This document shows, piece after piece, positions 34,600 through 44,501 of a DNA stretch of 64,000 nt. The first letter of the stretch is position 1, and each line of letters starts with the position of its first letter. Origin of the DNA: an uncultured delta proteobacterium (lineage in GTDB: Bacteria > Desulfobacterota > Desulfobaccia > Desulfobaccales > 0-14-0-80-60-11). Made by a program: the position numbers and the translations under genes. Location: contig CAWETI010000003.1 of assembly GCA_963812015.1 (NCBI GenBank), positions 128,001-192,000 on the forward strand, read 5' to 3'. Below the pieces are notes generated by a model that saw only the letters and a list, made by a program, of their open reading frames with translations, made no database searches and was not told where the DNA came from.

Positions 34600-35430
34600 A
34601 TGGCGGGGAGCCGGTTTTGGTCAGTGGTGGCGGGCATCCTCCTGGGGGTGCTGGTGATGGCCCCGGGGGTGAGCGCCGAGCCCCAGCCCGTGGCCTATGT
34701 GGGGCTGAAATACAGCCTGGTGCGCCAGGGCCTGAATAAGGATTACGTCGCCAAAACCTTCGCCGACCCCCGGAACCAATTCCTCCCGGACGTGGTCAAG
34801 AAGATCGCCTACCTGGGCAAGGAATCCCCGGATATCTACAAAAAATTCCTGACCCCGGAGACCGCGGCCCGGGGCCGGGCCTACATGGAGACGCACTGGG
34901 AGGCCCTGAGCCGCGCCGAAGCCCGCTATGGCGTGGCCCCGGAGGTCATCGTGGCCATCCTCACCGTGGAGTCAGGCCTGGGCAGCAACACCGGCAAATA
35001 TCCCGTCTTCAACGTCTTTGCCTCCCTGGCCGTGATGGATTCCCCGGAGGTCATCAGGGAAGTGGGGTTGAGCGCCTCGCCCGACCGTCTGAAAAAGAAG
35101 GCGGCCTGGGCCCGGCGGGAGTTGGGCATTTTCCTGGAATACTGCGCCGCCCACCATCAGGACCCCTTTTCCCTGTCCGGCTCCTGGGCCGGGGCCATGG
35201 GGTACTGCCAGTTTCTCCCCTCCAGCCTGCAGCGTTGCGGGGTGGCGGCGAACGGCAAAGGCCCGGTGGACCTGTTCACCCACGACGACGCCATCTTCAG
35301 CATCGCCTGCTATCTCAGCAAGAGCGGCTTTTCCTGTCAAAACCGCGCCTCCTGGCGGCGCGCCGTTCATAGCTACAATCATTCCGATGCCTACGTGGAC
35401 ACGGTGCTGACCCTGGCCAGCTGGTATTGA
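34600..35430 (+). CDS. Lytic murein transglycosylase (MltB/SLT_2 family)
   Basis: AILTVES, GSWAGAMGYCQFLPSS, YNHS. Confidence 0.88.
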   Translation: MAGSRFWSVVAGILLGVLVMAPGVSAEPQPVAYVGLKYSLVRQGLNKDYVAKTFADPRNQFLPDVVKKIAYLGKESPDIYKKFLTPETAARGRAYMETHWEALSRAEARYGVAPEVIVAILTVESGLGSNTGKYPVFNVFASLAVMDSPEVIREVGLSASPDRLKKKAAWARRELGIFLEYCAAHHQDPFSLSGSWAGAMGYCQFLPSSLQRCGVAANGKGPVDLFTHDDAIFSIACYLSKSGFSCQNRASWRRAVHSYNHSDAYVDTVLTLASWY

Positions 35431-35437
35431 AGCAATC

Positions 35438-35570
35438 GTAAGCGTTCAGCGGTCAGCGGTCAGCTTTTTGAATTAAAATAATTAGTTGTATTAGCACAGC
35501 AATTCAAGCGTTAGCGACCCGATTTGGATAAGTCCTTGTTTTTGCTGATAGCTGACTGCTGAACGCTTAC
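35438..35570. repeat. MITE-like element with heptamer-built terminal inverted repeats
   Basis: GTAAGCGTTCAGCGGTCAGCGGTCAGC ... GCTGATAGCTGACTGCTGAACGCTTAC, 24/27 complementary. Confidence 0.7.
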
Positions 35571-35581
35571 AAGCACTCCTT

Positions 35582-37300
35582 ATGGATAAGAAAGAGGTGG
35601 CGGCCGTCCTGGAGGAAATCGCCCTTCTCCTGGACCTGGCCGGGGAAAACCCTTTCAAGGTGAGGGCCTATGAAACCGGGGCCCGGGCGGTGCTCACCAT
35701 CCCGGGGGACCTGGACGCCGCCCGGCGCGACGGACGACTGGCCGGGGTCAAGGGCATCGGCAAATCCCTGGCCGGGGTCATTGAAGAACTGCTCACCCGG
35801 GGAGAGGCGGCCCTGCACCGGGAGCTCCAGAACAAGATTCCGCCGGGGCTCCTGGAACTGCTCCGGGTGCCGGGCCTGGGCCCCAAAAAGGCCCGGGTGC
35901 TCTTTCACGAATTAAACATCACCAGCCTCGGCGAACTGGAATATGCCTGCCGGGAAAACCGGCTGATCGCGCTCCCGGGCTTCGGGGCCAAATCCCAGGA
36001 GAAGATCAAGGCCGGCCTGGCCAATCTTTCGCGCTATGCCGGGCTTTTCCGCCTGGGCGACCTCTTGCCCCTGGCCGAATCCTTAACGGCACAGTGGCAG
36101 ACCCTGCCCGGCCTGCTCCGGCTGGAGGTGGCCGGTCCGGTGCGCCGCCGCCTGGAAGTGGCCGGCGCCATTGACCTGGCGGCCGTTACCCACCACCCCC
36201 ACCAGGTGCAGGCGGGCCTTAATAAGATTCTGGGTGCGGAGTTGGTGGAACGGGGCCCCGGCCAGGTGGAAGCCACCCTGGCCCAGGGCGTGCCGCTGAG
36301 GCTGACCCTGGCCGCCCCCGAGGCGTTTGGGGCCGCCTGGCTCGCCGCCACGGGCAATGCCGACCACTTCCAGGCCTTGCAGGCCCTGGCCCGGGAGCGT
36401 CACCTGGAGCTGACCCCCCAGGGATTGTGGGCCGACGGCGTCCTCCAGCCCTGCCGGGAAGAGGCCGAGATTTACGGGCGCCTGGGACTGCCCCTGATCC
36501 CCCCGGAGTTGCGAGAGGGCCTGGGGGAAATCGAGGCCGGCAAGCAAAACCATTTGCCCCGCCTCATCACCCCCCAGGAGATCCGGGGCTGCTTCCACGT
36601 CCACTCTTTCTACAGCGACGGGGTCAATTCCCTGGAGGAGCTGATCATTGCCGCCAAACAAAGGGGCTGGAGCTACCTGGGGATCTCGGACCACAGCCAG
36701 TCGGCCTATTACGCCGGCGGCCTGAAACCGCCGGACCTGGAGCGGCAAAAAGAGGAGGTCGCCGCCTGCCGCCGGGAACATCCGGATTTTACCCTGTTCT
36801 GGGGCGTGGAATCCGACATCCTGAGCGACGGCTCCCTGGATTACCCCGATGACATCCTGCAAGGCTTCGATTTTGTCATCGCCTCCATCCACTCCCAGTT
36901 CAGCCTCAAGCGGGAGGCCATGACCACGCGCCTCCTCACGGCCCTGGCCCACCCCTGCTGCACCATGCTGGGACACGTGAGCGGCCGCCTGCTTCTGGCC
37001 CGGGAACCCTATGCCTATGACCCGGAGGCTATCTTGGCATTCGCCGGGGCCCACCAGGTGATCCTGGAAATCAACGCCAGCCCCTACCGCCTGGACCTGG
37101 ACTGGCGGTGGCTGCGCCGGGCCAAAGAACTGGGGATTTTAATCAGTATCAACCCCGACGCCCATAGCCTGGAAGGCCTGGATGACGTAAACTATGGGGT
37201 GATGGCCGCCCGGAAAGGCTGGCTGGCCCTGGAGGACGTACTCAATACCTACCCCCCGGCGGAGGTGGCCCAAATCCTCCACCGCCGCCGGGCGGGGTAG
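35582..37300 (+). CDS. polX: DNA polymerase X family/PHP-domain protein
   Basis: GENPFKVRAY, HhH motifs, IPPELRE, HVHS..SDG, SDHS, DAH. Confidence 0.9.
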   Translation: MDKKEVAAVLEEIALLLDLAGENPFKVRAYETGARAVLTIPGDLDAARRDGRLAGVKGIGKSLAGVIEELLTRGEAALHRELQNKIPPGLLELLRVPGLGPKKARVLFHELNITSLGELEYACRENRLIALPGFGAKSQEKIKAGLANLSRYAGLFRLGDLLPLAESLTAQWQTLPGLLRLEVAGPVRRRLEVAGAIDLAAVTHHPHQVQAGLNKILGAELVERGPGQVEATLAQGVPLRLTLAAPEAFGAAWLAATGNADHFQALQALARERHLELTPQGLWADGVLQPCREEAEIYGRLGLPLIPPELREGLGEIEAGKQNHLPRLITPQEIRGCFHVHSFYSDGVNSLEELIIAAKQRGWSYLGISDHSQSAYYAGGLKPPDLERQKEEVAACRREHPDFTLFWGVESDILSDGSLDYPDDILQGFDFVIASIHSQFSLKREAMTTRLLTALAHPCCTMLGHVSGRLLLAREPYAYDPEAILAFAGAHQVILEINASPYRLDLDWRWLRRAKELGILISINPDAHSLEGLDDVNYGVMAARKGWLALEDVLNTYPPAEVAQILHRRRAG

Positions 37301-37304
37301 AGTG

Positions 37305-37455
37305 CCTGGGGAAGGGGGCCAGGGGCGAAAGCCCTTGCACTTACAAAAAACTCCCCCAGACCCCCACCCCCAATCCCTTACAAGGGGGTTGAAATTGGGG
37401 TTTGAGGGCAGGGCGGGGGACTCTTACGAAAAACTTCCCCCGGCCCTCCTCTGAA
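37305..37455 (+). repeat. Three-hairpin repeat (family A), full copy
   Basis: Collinear with 8279..8416, e.g. CCCCAATCCCTTACA and TTTGAGGG.AGGGCGGGGGACTC. Confidence 0.8.
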
Positions 37456-37478
37456 AATCACCGAATAGAGGCAGCCAT

Positions 37479-37994
37479 ATGACCACATCAGCAGACGTTG
37501 GCATCGTGTTGGGCAGCGCCTCGGATTGGCCCCAGGTGGAGGCCGCCGCGGTAATGCTCAAGGAGTGGGGAATTGCCTTTGAGGTGGTGGTGGCTTCGGC
37601 CCACCGCGCCCCCAGCAAGGTCCAGGCCTATGCCCGGGACGCCGCCAACCGGGGGATCAAGGTCATCATCGCTGTGGCCGGGATGGCGGCCCACCTGGCG
37701 GGGGTCCTGGCTGCGGAGACCACCTTGCCGGTGATCGGCGTGCCCATGTCCGGCTCCCATCTGAATGGCCTGGACAGTTTGTTGTCCACGGTGCAGATGC
37801 CCGCCGGAGTGCCGGTGGCCACCATGGCCGTAGGCGCGGCCGGGGCCAAAAACGCCGCCATCTTTGCCGCCCAGATCCTGGCACTCGGCGACCCGAGGCT
37901 CAAGGAACGGCTTAAACGGCATAAGGAAGAATTGGAGCAGCAAGTGGCCCGGCAGGCGGACCAGATCCCGGCCGAGTATCGCCGTGGCGAATGA
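37479..37994 (+). CDS. purE: N5-carboxyaminoimidazole ribonucleotide mutase
   Basis: GSASD, SAHRAP, AAHLAG, VQMPAGVPVAT. Confidence 0.96.
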   Translation: MTTSADVGIVLGSASDWPQVEAAAVMLKEWGIAFEVVVASAHRAPSKVQAYARDAANRGIKVIIAVAGMAAHLAGVLAAETTLPVIGVPMSGSHLNGLDSLLSTVQMPAGVPVATMAVGAAGAKNAAIFAAQILALGDPRLKERLKRHKEELEQQVARQADQIPAEYRRGE

Positions 37995-38009
37995 TCGACG
38001 AGGAAGGGT

Positions 38010-39140
38010 GTGGCCATGATGATCACCACCATGGTAGACCTGGCCGTTGACCTGGCGGCCCTGGAGCACAATTATCGCCAACTGCGCGGTCTCTGTGATC
38101 CCCAGGTAAAAATGCTGGCGGTCATTAAAGCCGATGCCTATGGGCACGGCCTGCTCCCTGCGGCCCGGAAGCTGGCCGCCGCCGGCGCGGATTATTTGGG
38201 GGTGGGTTCCCTGGAAGAAGGGCTGATGCTGCGGCGGGCCGACCTCACCCTCCCGGTGCTGCTGCTCCTGGGCATCCTGCCGGAGGAAGCCGACCGGGCG
38301 GTGGGAGCCGACCTGGAGGTGGCCCTGTTCCGCCTGGATGTGGCCCAGGCCCTGGCGGCCGCGGCCGGCAATCAGGGCCGAAAGGCCAAGGTGCATCTCA
38401 AGGTGGATACCGGCATGGGCCGCCTGGGAGTGTTGCCCCAGGAGGTCTTGCCGTTCCTGGCGAGCTTAAAAAAAATGGGCCACCTCAAGGTCATGGGCCT
38501 GATCTCCCACCTGGCGGTGGCGGACCAGGAGGACAAGACTTATACTCATAAGCAGCTCCAGGAATTTACCGCGCTGGTGGCCGCGGCCCGGGCAGAGGGC
38601 TGGAAGGTGTCTCTGAGCCATATTGCCAACAGCGCCGCCCTCTGGGAGTTGCCGGAGGCTCATGGGGGGATGGTGCGGCCGGGTCTCATGCTCTACGGTT
38701 CGCCCCCGTCCCCGGATCGGCCGCCGCCGGTGGACCTCAAACCGGTGATGTCCCTGGCGGCCCGGATTCTCCAGGTGAAGCGCCTGCCCCCGGGGACCAG
38801 CATCAGCTACGGCTGCACCTACACCACCCCCGACTGGTGCGACCTGGCGGTGCTGCCCGTGGGTTACTGCAACGGCTACAGCCGTCTCAACTCCAACCGG
38901 GGCGAGGTCCTCATCCATGGCCGCCGGGCCCCCATCCGGGGCCGGGTCTGCATGAACCTCACCATGGTGGAGGTCACCGGCATCCCGGAGGTCAAGGCGG
39001 GGGACCTGGCCGTGCTCCTGGGCCGGGATCAGGACCACTACCTGAGCGCCGAGGAGTTGGCCGGTTGGGCCCAGACCATCAGTTATGAAATTTACTGCGC
39101 CCTGGGGACCGCCAACCTCAAGCGCTATACCGGAGGTTGA
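38010..39140 (+). CDS. alr: Alanine racemase
   Basis: AVIKADAYGHG, KVDTGMGRLG, GRVCMN, TISYE. Confidence 0.96.
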   Translation: MAMMITTMVDLAVDLAALEHNYRQLRGLCDPQVKMLAVIKADAYGHGLLPAARKLAAAGADYLGVGSLEEGLMLRRADLTLPVLLLLGILPEEADRAVGADLEVALFRLDVAQALAAAAGNQGRKAKVHLKVDTGMGRLGVLPQEVLPFLASLKKMGHLKVMGLISHLAVADQEDKTYTHKQLQEFTALVAAARAEGWKVSLSHIANSAALWELPEAHGGMVRPGLMLYGSPPSPDRPPPVDLKPVMSLAARILQVKRLPPGTSISYGCTYTTPDWCDLAVLPVGYCNGYSRLNSNRGEVLIHGRRAPIRGRVCMNLTMVEVTGIPEVKAGDLAVLLGRDQDHYLSAEELAGWAQTISYEIYCALGTANLKRYTGG

Positions 39141-39141
39141 T

Positions 39142-39312
39142 ATGGACCGCAAACCCGATACCCAGGAAGCCAGCATCTGCGTGGTCTGCGCCTGGCGGGA
39201 AACCTGTGTCAAGAAATTTTCCTTCACCGGCCAGCACTGCCTGGAGTACACCCGGGACCTGACCCTGAAGCCCAGGCCGGAGGGGGAAGCGCCGTCGAAA
39301 GAAGAGAAATAA
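39142..39312 (+). CDS. Small cysteine-rich protein
   Basis: GGAGG RBS; CVVCAWRETC...HC. Confidence 0.6.
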   Translation: MDRKPDTQEASICVVCAWRETCVKKFSFTGQHCLEYTRDLTLKPRPEGEAPSKEEK

Positions 39313-39401
39313 GGGGTCAGCTATTTTAACTTTCACCTCTATACTAGTGAATGCAAGGCATGTAACGTATTGTGCATATAATGAACTTAAGAGGTGACAA
39401 G

Positions 39402-41429
39402 ATGAATCAAGACCTACCGATGAGAATAGATTTTCTTGGGCGTATTAGAAATACTCAATTAGCCGCCTCTAATTATCTACAGCCACTTTTTGAAGCAATT
39501 ACTAACTCTTTTGATGCCATCGAGGATAAAGGTAATTTTACTCATGGAGTAGTGCGAGTCAATTTGCATCGACGCAAACAGAGGGAGATCGAGACAGGGG
39601 ACTTCTCAAAAGAACCAATAATCTCTTTTGAGATTGAGGATAATGGGATCGGATTTAATAATAAAAATTACGAATCATTCCTTACAGCTGATAGCACATT
39701 AAAACATGAAAGAGGGGGAAAGGGGGTTGGCCGTTTTATTTGGTTAAAGGCATTTAAAAATATTCATATTGAAAGTGTTTTTGAAGAAAATGGACATAAA
39801 TGGCGACGGGCCTTTGAATTTTCTCATACACCCAATGGAATTGAGGGCCATGAGACACAACAGGTCGCTTATGGCATTTCCTTATTAACACGAGTATTAT
39901 TAGAACAGTTTGAGGAAAAATACCAGGAAAAATGCCCTAGAGATGCTTCAATAATCGCACGAAGGATAATTGAACATTTTTATGAATATTTTATATTTCA
40001 AAACATCCATGAAATTCATATCATTTACCTTGCATCTCAAGAGAATTATGATCTAAATGCCATTTTTTCGGAAGAGTTTAAGCCTAATTTAGTCACAAAA
40101 TATTTTGAAATAGAGAATGAAAAATTCACTATTCATGATGTCCTTATAAAAAGACCACGGGACCGGCAGCATCAGGCTCATTTTTGTGCAAATCGACGTG
40201 TGGTGAAATCAGAACCCTTATCTGGCAAAATTCCGCATCTCGAAAGCGCATTACATGATGAGTTTGGAAATACAATATTTTATTCTGCATTTGTATCAAG
40301 TCCTTTTCTTGACAAGAGGGTCGATCCTGACCGGACTGGTTTCCGTATTATTCAAAGCACATCTCTTCCATTTCCTGGAGAAGTAACTTGGCAAGAATTA
40401 CTCGATAATGTTGTAAAAAAATCTAAAGAATCTCTTCAGCCGTATACAACCCAAGCCTGTGAAGAAATATTAGAACGTGTTCAAACTTATGTGGAAAATG
40501 AAGAACCAAGGTATAGATATTTGCTTTCCAGTCATCGAGATGCTGTTGAAGAAATTCCTGTAACAACTACTGGGGCAAAATTAGAAATGGCATTGCATAA
40601 GATTCACTTTGAAATAAAAACTCAATTAAAACAAGAAATTCAAGAGCATCTGTCGCAAGATGAAAGTAAAATAACAGATTGGCAATCCCATAGAGAGCAA
40701 TTTCAAAATATTTTTCAGAAACTGAACGAAGTTACAAAATCGGAACTAGCAGAATACGTTGTGCATCGAAGGGCTGTTTTGTCATTCCTTGATAAAATAT
40801 TAGGGAAGGACGAGAATGAAAAATATGCAAAAGAGGGAGCTCTGCATGAAATTATTTTCCCACTTCGGAAGACTTCGGATGATATAGAACTTAAGGACCA
40901 TAATCTTTGGATAGTCGATGAAAGGTTAGCTTATCATCTCTACTTAGCTTCTGATCTACAGTTTAAGCAGCAAATTGCTTCTCCTGTTAATGTCGAAAGT
41001 TTGTGCCGTCCAGATATTATAATTTTTAATAAAGCATTGGCTTTGACCGAAGGAGATTATCCTTTTAATTCAATAGTAATTATAGAATTTAAGAGACCAG
41101 AGCGTAATGAATATGGGGAGAAGGATAATCCAATAGATCAAATTTATGATTATATCCGACTTATAAAAGCAGGTAAAGCGAAGGATAAAGATAACAAAAC
41201 GATAGAGGTTTCCCCTTCTGTTCAATTTTACTGTTATGTTATTGCGACACTATCGCCTGAATTAATAAAAGGAGTTGATAATTATAGCTTTACTCCAACG
41301 CCGGATGGACTTGGATACTTTTTTTATAATACTAAATATAATGCCTATATTGAATTAATTTCTTATCGTAAATTGATATCAGATGCAAAAAAGCGTAATA
41401 AGGCATTTTTTAATAAGCTATGTCTTTAA
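39402..41429 (+). CDS. GHKL (HATPase_c/MORC-like) ATPase fused to C-terminal PD-(D/E)xK nuclease
   Basis: EAITNSFDA, DNGIGF, GGKGVGR; RPDII...IEFKRP...QIYDY; AT-rich; GAGGTG RBS. Confidence 0.8.
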   Translation: MNQDLPMRIDFLGRIRNTQLAASNYLQPLFEAITNSFDAIEDKGNFTHGVVRVNLHRRKQREIETGDFSKEPIISFEIEDNGIGFNNKNYESFLTADSTLKHERGGKGVGRFIWLKAFKNIHIESVFEENGHKWRRAFEFSHTPNGIEGHETQQVAYGISLLTRVLLEQFEEKYQEKCPRDASIIARRIIEHFYEYFIFQNIHEIHIIYLASQENYDLNAIFSEEFKPNLVTKYFEIENEKFTIHDVLIKRPRDRQHQAHFCANRRVVKSEPLSGKIPHLESALHDEFGNTIFYSAFVSSPFLDKRVDPDRTGFRIIQSTSLPFPGEVTWQELLDNVVKKSKESLQPYTTQACEEILERVQTYVENEEPRYRYLLSSHRDAVEEIPVTTTGAKLEMALHKIHFEIKTQLKQEIQEHLSQDESKITDWQSHREQFQNIFQKLNEVTKSELAEYVVHRRAVLSFLDKILGKDENEKYAKEGALHEIIFPLRKTSDDIELKDHNLWIVDERLAYHLYLASDLQFKQQIASPVNVESLCRPDIIIFNKALALTEGDYPFNSIVIIEFKRPERNEYGEKDNPIDQIYDYIRLIKAGKAKDKDNKTIEVSPSVQFYCYVIATLSPELIKGVDNYSFTPTPDGLGYFFYNTKYNAYIELISYRKLISDAKKRNKAFFNKLCL

Positions 41430-41489
41430 AATAAAGAATTAACTTAAGGCTACTCCTTTTTAATTATATCATTCTTTGAAAGATAAAAA

Positions 41490-43157
41490 ATGCACATCAA
41501 AAAAACCATCCGTGATCTTATCACGGCCAGTGCCGAACAGGCCCGGCAGGCTGGCCGTTTGGACTTTGAGACCCTGCCCGCCTTCGAAGTGGAGGCGACC
41601 AAGCACCCGGAGCACGGCGACCTGGCCACCAATCTGGCCCTGGTCCTGGCCAAGCAAGCCAAGATGCCGCCCCGGAAGGTGGCCGAAGTCATCATCAATA
41701 ATCTCGCGCCGCCGGAGGGCATGCTCCAGAAAGTGGAGATGGCCGGGCCCGGGTTCATCAATTTTTTCATCGCCGACTCTTTCTGGTACCGGGTGATCCC
41801 GGAAATCCACCGGCTGGGGCCGGCTTACGGCGACAGCGCGATAGGCGCCGGCGTCAAGGTCCAGGTGGAGTTCGTCAGCGCCAACCCCACCGGCCCGCTG
41901 CACATCGGCCACGGCCGGGGCGCGGCCCTGGGGGATGCCCTGGCCAGGCTGTTGAGCGCCACGGGACACCAGGTGGTGCGGGAATACTACATCAACGATG
42001 TGGGCAACCAGATCCTCACCCTGGGTAAATCTCTCTATTTCCGCCTGCGAGAGCTGCAAGGGGAGAAGGTTGACTTCCCGGAGGAAGGCTATCAGGGCGA
42101 CTATATGAAAGACCTGGCCCGGGATTACCTGGCCCAGGGCGGCGCCCCGCCCCCGCCGGAGCCCCATGCCGACACCCTTCAGACCCTGGGGCGGTACGCC
42201 GGCGATGTCATCCTGGCGGACATCAAACAGGACCTGGATGATTTCGGGGTCAGCTTTGATACTTGGTTCAGCGAAACCGAGCTCTATCGACAGGGTCTGG
42301 TGGACCAGAGCTTTTCCTTGCTCAAAGAGCAGGACTACCTCTATGAGGCCGACGGCGCTCTCTGGTTCCGGGCCACCCGCTTTGGGGATGAAAAAGACCG
42401 GGTGGTGCGGCGCAGCAACGGGGTCACCACCTACTTTGCCTCGGATGTGGCCTATCACCTGCACAAATTCCGGCAGGGCTATGACCAGGTGGTGGATATC
42501 TGGGGGGCCGACCACCACGGCTATGTGCCCCGGCTCCAGGCCGCGGTCCAGGCCCTGGGGTTTCCCGGCCGCCTGAAGGTGATCCTGGTGCAACTGGTGT
42601 CGCTGTTGCGCCAAGGGGAGCCCGTGGCCATGACCACCCGGGGGGGCACTTTCGTCACCTTGAGAGAGGTCATCGACGAAGTGGGGAAAGATGCCGCCCG
42701 CTTCATCTTCCTAACCCGGCGGCCCGACGCCCAACTGGAGTTCGATCTGGAAGTGGCCAAACAGCAGAGCAGCGATAACCCGGTTTATTATGTCCAGTAT
42801 GCCCACGCCCGGCTGGTCTCGGTCTTTCGCCAGGCCGCGGCCCAGGGCCTCGAGATGCAAGAGCTTGATCCGGCGAGGTTTTCCCGGTTGACCCTCCCGG
42901 AGGAGCTGACCATCCTCAAGATGCTGGCCAATTATCCGGAACTGGTGGAGGGGGCGGCCCGCAATCTGGAGCCGCATCGGATCACTTATTTCTTGACTGA
43001 ACTGGCCGCTCAATTGCATAGTTATTATTACAAGCATCGCTTTATCTCTGACGACGTCGAGCTGACCCAGGCCCGCTTCTGGCTGGTGAGCGGCGTAAAA
43101 ACCGTGCTGGCCCATGGCCTGGGGATCTTAGGGGTGGAGGCCCCGGAATCCATGTAA
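41490..43157 (+). CDS. argS: Arginine--tRNA ligase
   Basis: EFVSANPTGPLHIGH, GADHHGY, YVQYAHAR. Confidence 0.98.
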   Translation: MHIKKTIRDLITASAEQARQAGRLDFETLPAFEVEATKHPEHGDLATNLALVLAKQAKMPPRKVAEVIINNLAPPEGMLQKVEMAGPGFINFFIADSFWYRVIPEIHRLGPAYGDSAIGAGVKVQVEFVSANPTGPLHIGHGRGAALGDALARLLSATGHQVVREYYINDVGNQILTLGKSLYFRLRELQGEKVDFPEEGYQGDYMKDLARDYLAQGGAPPPPEPHADTLQTLGRYAGDVILADIKQDLDDFGVSFDTWFSETELYRQGLVDQSFSLLKEQDYLYEADGALWFRATRFGDEKDRVVRRSNGVTTYFASDVAYHLHKFRQGYDQVVDIWGADHHGYVPRLQAAVQALGFPGRLKVILVQLVSLLRQGEPVAMTTRGGTFVTLREVIDEVGKDAARFIFLTRRPDAQLEFDLEVAKQQSSDNPVYYVQYAHARLVSVFRQAAAQGLEMQELDPARFSRLTLPEELTILKMLANYPELVEGAARNLEPHRITYFLTELAAQLHSYYYKHRFISDDVELTQARFWLVSGVKTVLAHGLGILGVEAPESM

Positions 43158-43174
43158 ATCACTGGGAGAACCCT

Positions 43175-44002
43175 GTGCGGCAACAATTGCGATTACCTGG
43201 TTTCTTGCAGAAACAAGCCAAGGGAGAAGATGTGGAGACAGACCGGGGCAGAAAAGGCAAAAAGGCCGGTTGGCATGTGACTCTGAGGCTCAAGGACGTC
43301 ATCTTCGCAGGTATCGGCGTGGTGGGCTTGATGATGATGAGTTTCGCCCTGGGAGCCCTGGCCGGACGGGGAGATATCTACCGGGCGGCTTACTCCTGGG
43401 GTTTGCTGAACCCTGAAGCGGCCAAGGTGGCCCAGTGGGTCCCGGCGCCTGGACCTCCCGCGGTGGCCCCGACGGCGTCGCTCGGCACCGCGACCTCCCC
43501 CACCGTTGCCGCCGTTCCGGCTCCGCCGGCTCCGATCCCGGTGGCCGCCAAGCCGGCCCCCCCGGCTCCAGTAACCGGGTCCATCGCTGCCCTCCCCAAT
43601 CCCGCCGCGGCCAAGAAAAAGGGCAAAACCGGCGCCACCCACCGCGACCCCAAATCCGGGGAAGAGGAATTGCGGCGGGAGCGTCAGGAGATGGTCCAGA
43701 AGCTCAAGTTTCAAAACAGTTTCGACACCAGTCCCAAGCCTAAGCTGCCCAAAGCCAAAGACCACGAAAAGGCCCAGCCAACTCAGGTGCGGGTAGCTCA
43801 GTTTCGGAGTAGTAAAGATGCCCAGGCCAAGGTAGCCGAACTGCAGAAAAAAGGGGTGAAGGCGACCCTCAAACAGACCAAAGACTCCCAAGGGACCTTG
43901 TTTATCGTTTATAAACCCGGCCCTGCCCCGGCAAGCGCCGAGAAGCTGGCCCAAAAGCCGCATAAAAGTGACGGCGCCACCCCCAAACCCACAGACGATT
44001 AG
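43175..44002 (+). CDS. SPOR-domain/FtsN-like cell division protein
   Basis: One TM helix, Pro/Ala linker, SPOR-like C-terminus; usual position after argS. Confidence 0.65.
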   Translation: MRQQLRLPGFLQKQAKGEDVETDRGRKGKKAGWHVTLRLKDVIFAGIGVVGLMMMSFALGALAGRGDIYRAAYSWGLLNPEAAKVAQWVPAPGPPAVAPTASLGTATSPTVAAVPAPPAPIPVAAKPAPPAPVTGSIAALPNPAAAKKKGKTGATHRDPKSGEEELRRERQEMVQKLKFQNSFDTSPKPKLPKAKDHEKAQPTQVRVAQFRSSKDAQAKVAELQKKGVKATLKQTKDSQGTLFIVYKPGPAPASAEKLAQKPHKSDGATPKPTDD

Positions 44003-44342
44003 CCCTGCCTCTCGTCCTGGCGGTAGGGAAGTGCCGCCCCTCGCCCCGGTGGACGGCCGCCTCTAGCTTGGCCCCGAGGATATGCGGGGCGCCGGCCCGG
44101 ACCGTCAGCCTGGCCACGGCGGGATTCCGCCCTTCCCCTCAGTGAACCCCGTTTTTTTCCACCCCCCACGTTTGCGCCACACCCTGAGCCGGACGACCCG
44201 AAAACCTGGATGAGGTCGGGAGACCGGAACCGGGACCTTCACCTGCTCTCGCCAATGCCTAAACTTTCAGGAAGACAGGGCCTCAGCCCCCATACTTCCC
44301 CCGTTAACCCCCAAGCTTTCCCCGATTAAACGCCTAAATTCC

Positions 44343-44358
44343 TGGCACAGATCGTGCT
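44343..44358 (+). promoter_or_regulatory. Sigma-54 promoter
   Basis: TGGCACAGATCGTGCT fits TGGCAC-N5-TTGCW with correct GG/GC spacing. Confidence 0.6.
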
Positions 44359-44501
44359 CTCTACCCAAAGCAACAAGCAAAGCATCTGGGCCAGATGATC
44401 GAGACCCCGGGTAAATGATGCGCAGGGTTACCGGTGTCCGCCTCAGCAGGTGCATTGGGGGCATACCAGTTGACCATAAACAATGAGGGAAGGAGCCGGC
44501 C

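Noticed and set aside
44170..44240. TPP riboswitch (CTGAG...ACCC...ACCTG)
   Set aside because: No upstream GGG strand to form P2, 3' half does not fit, and no thiamine gene downstream
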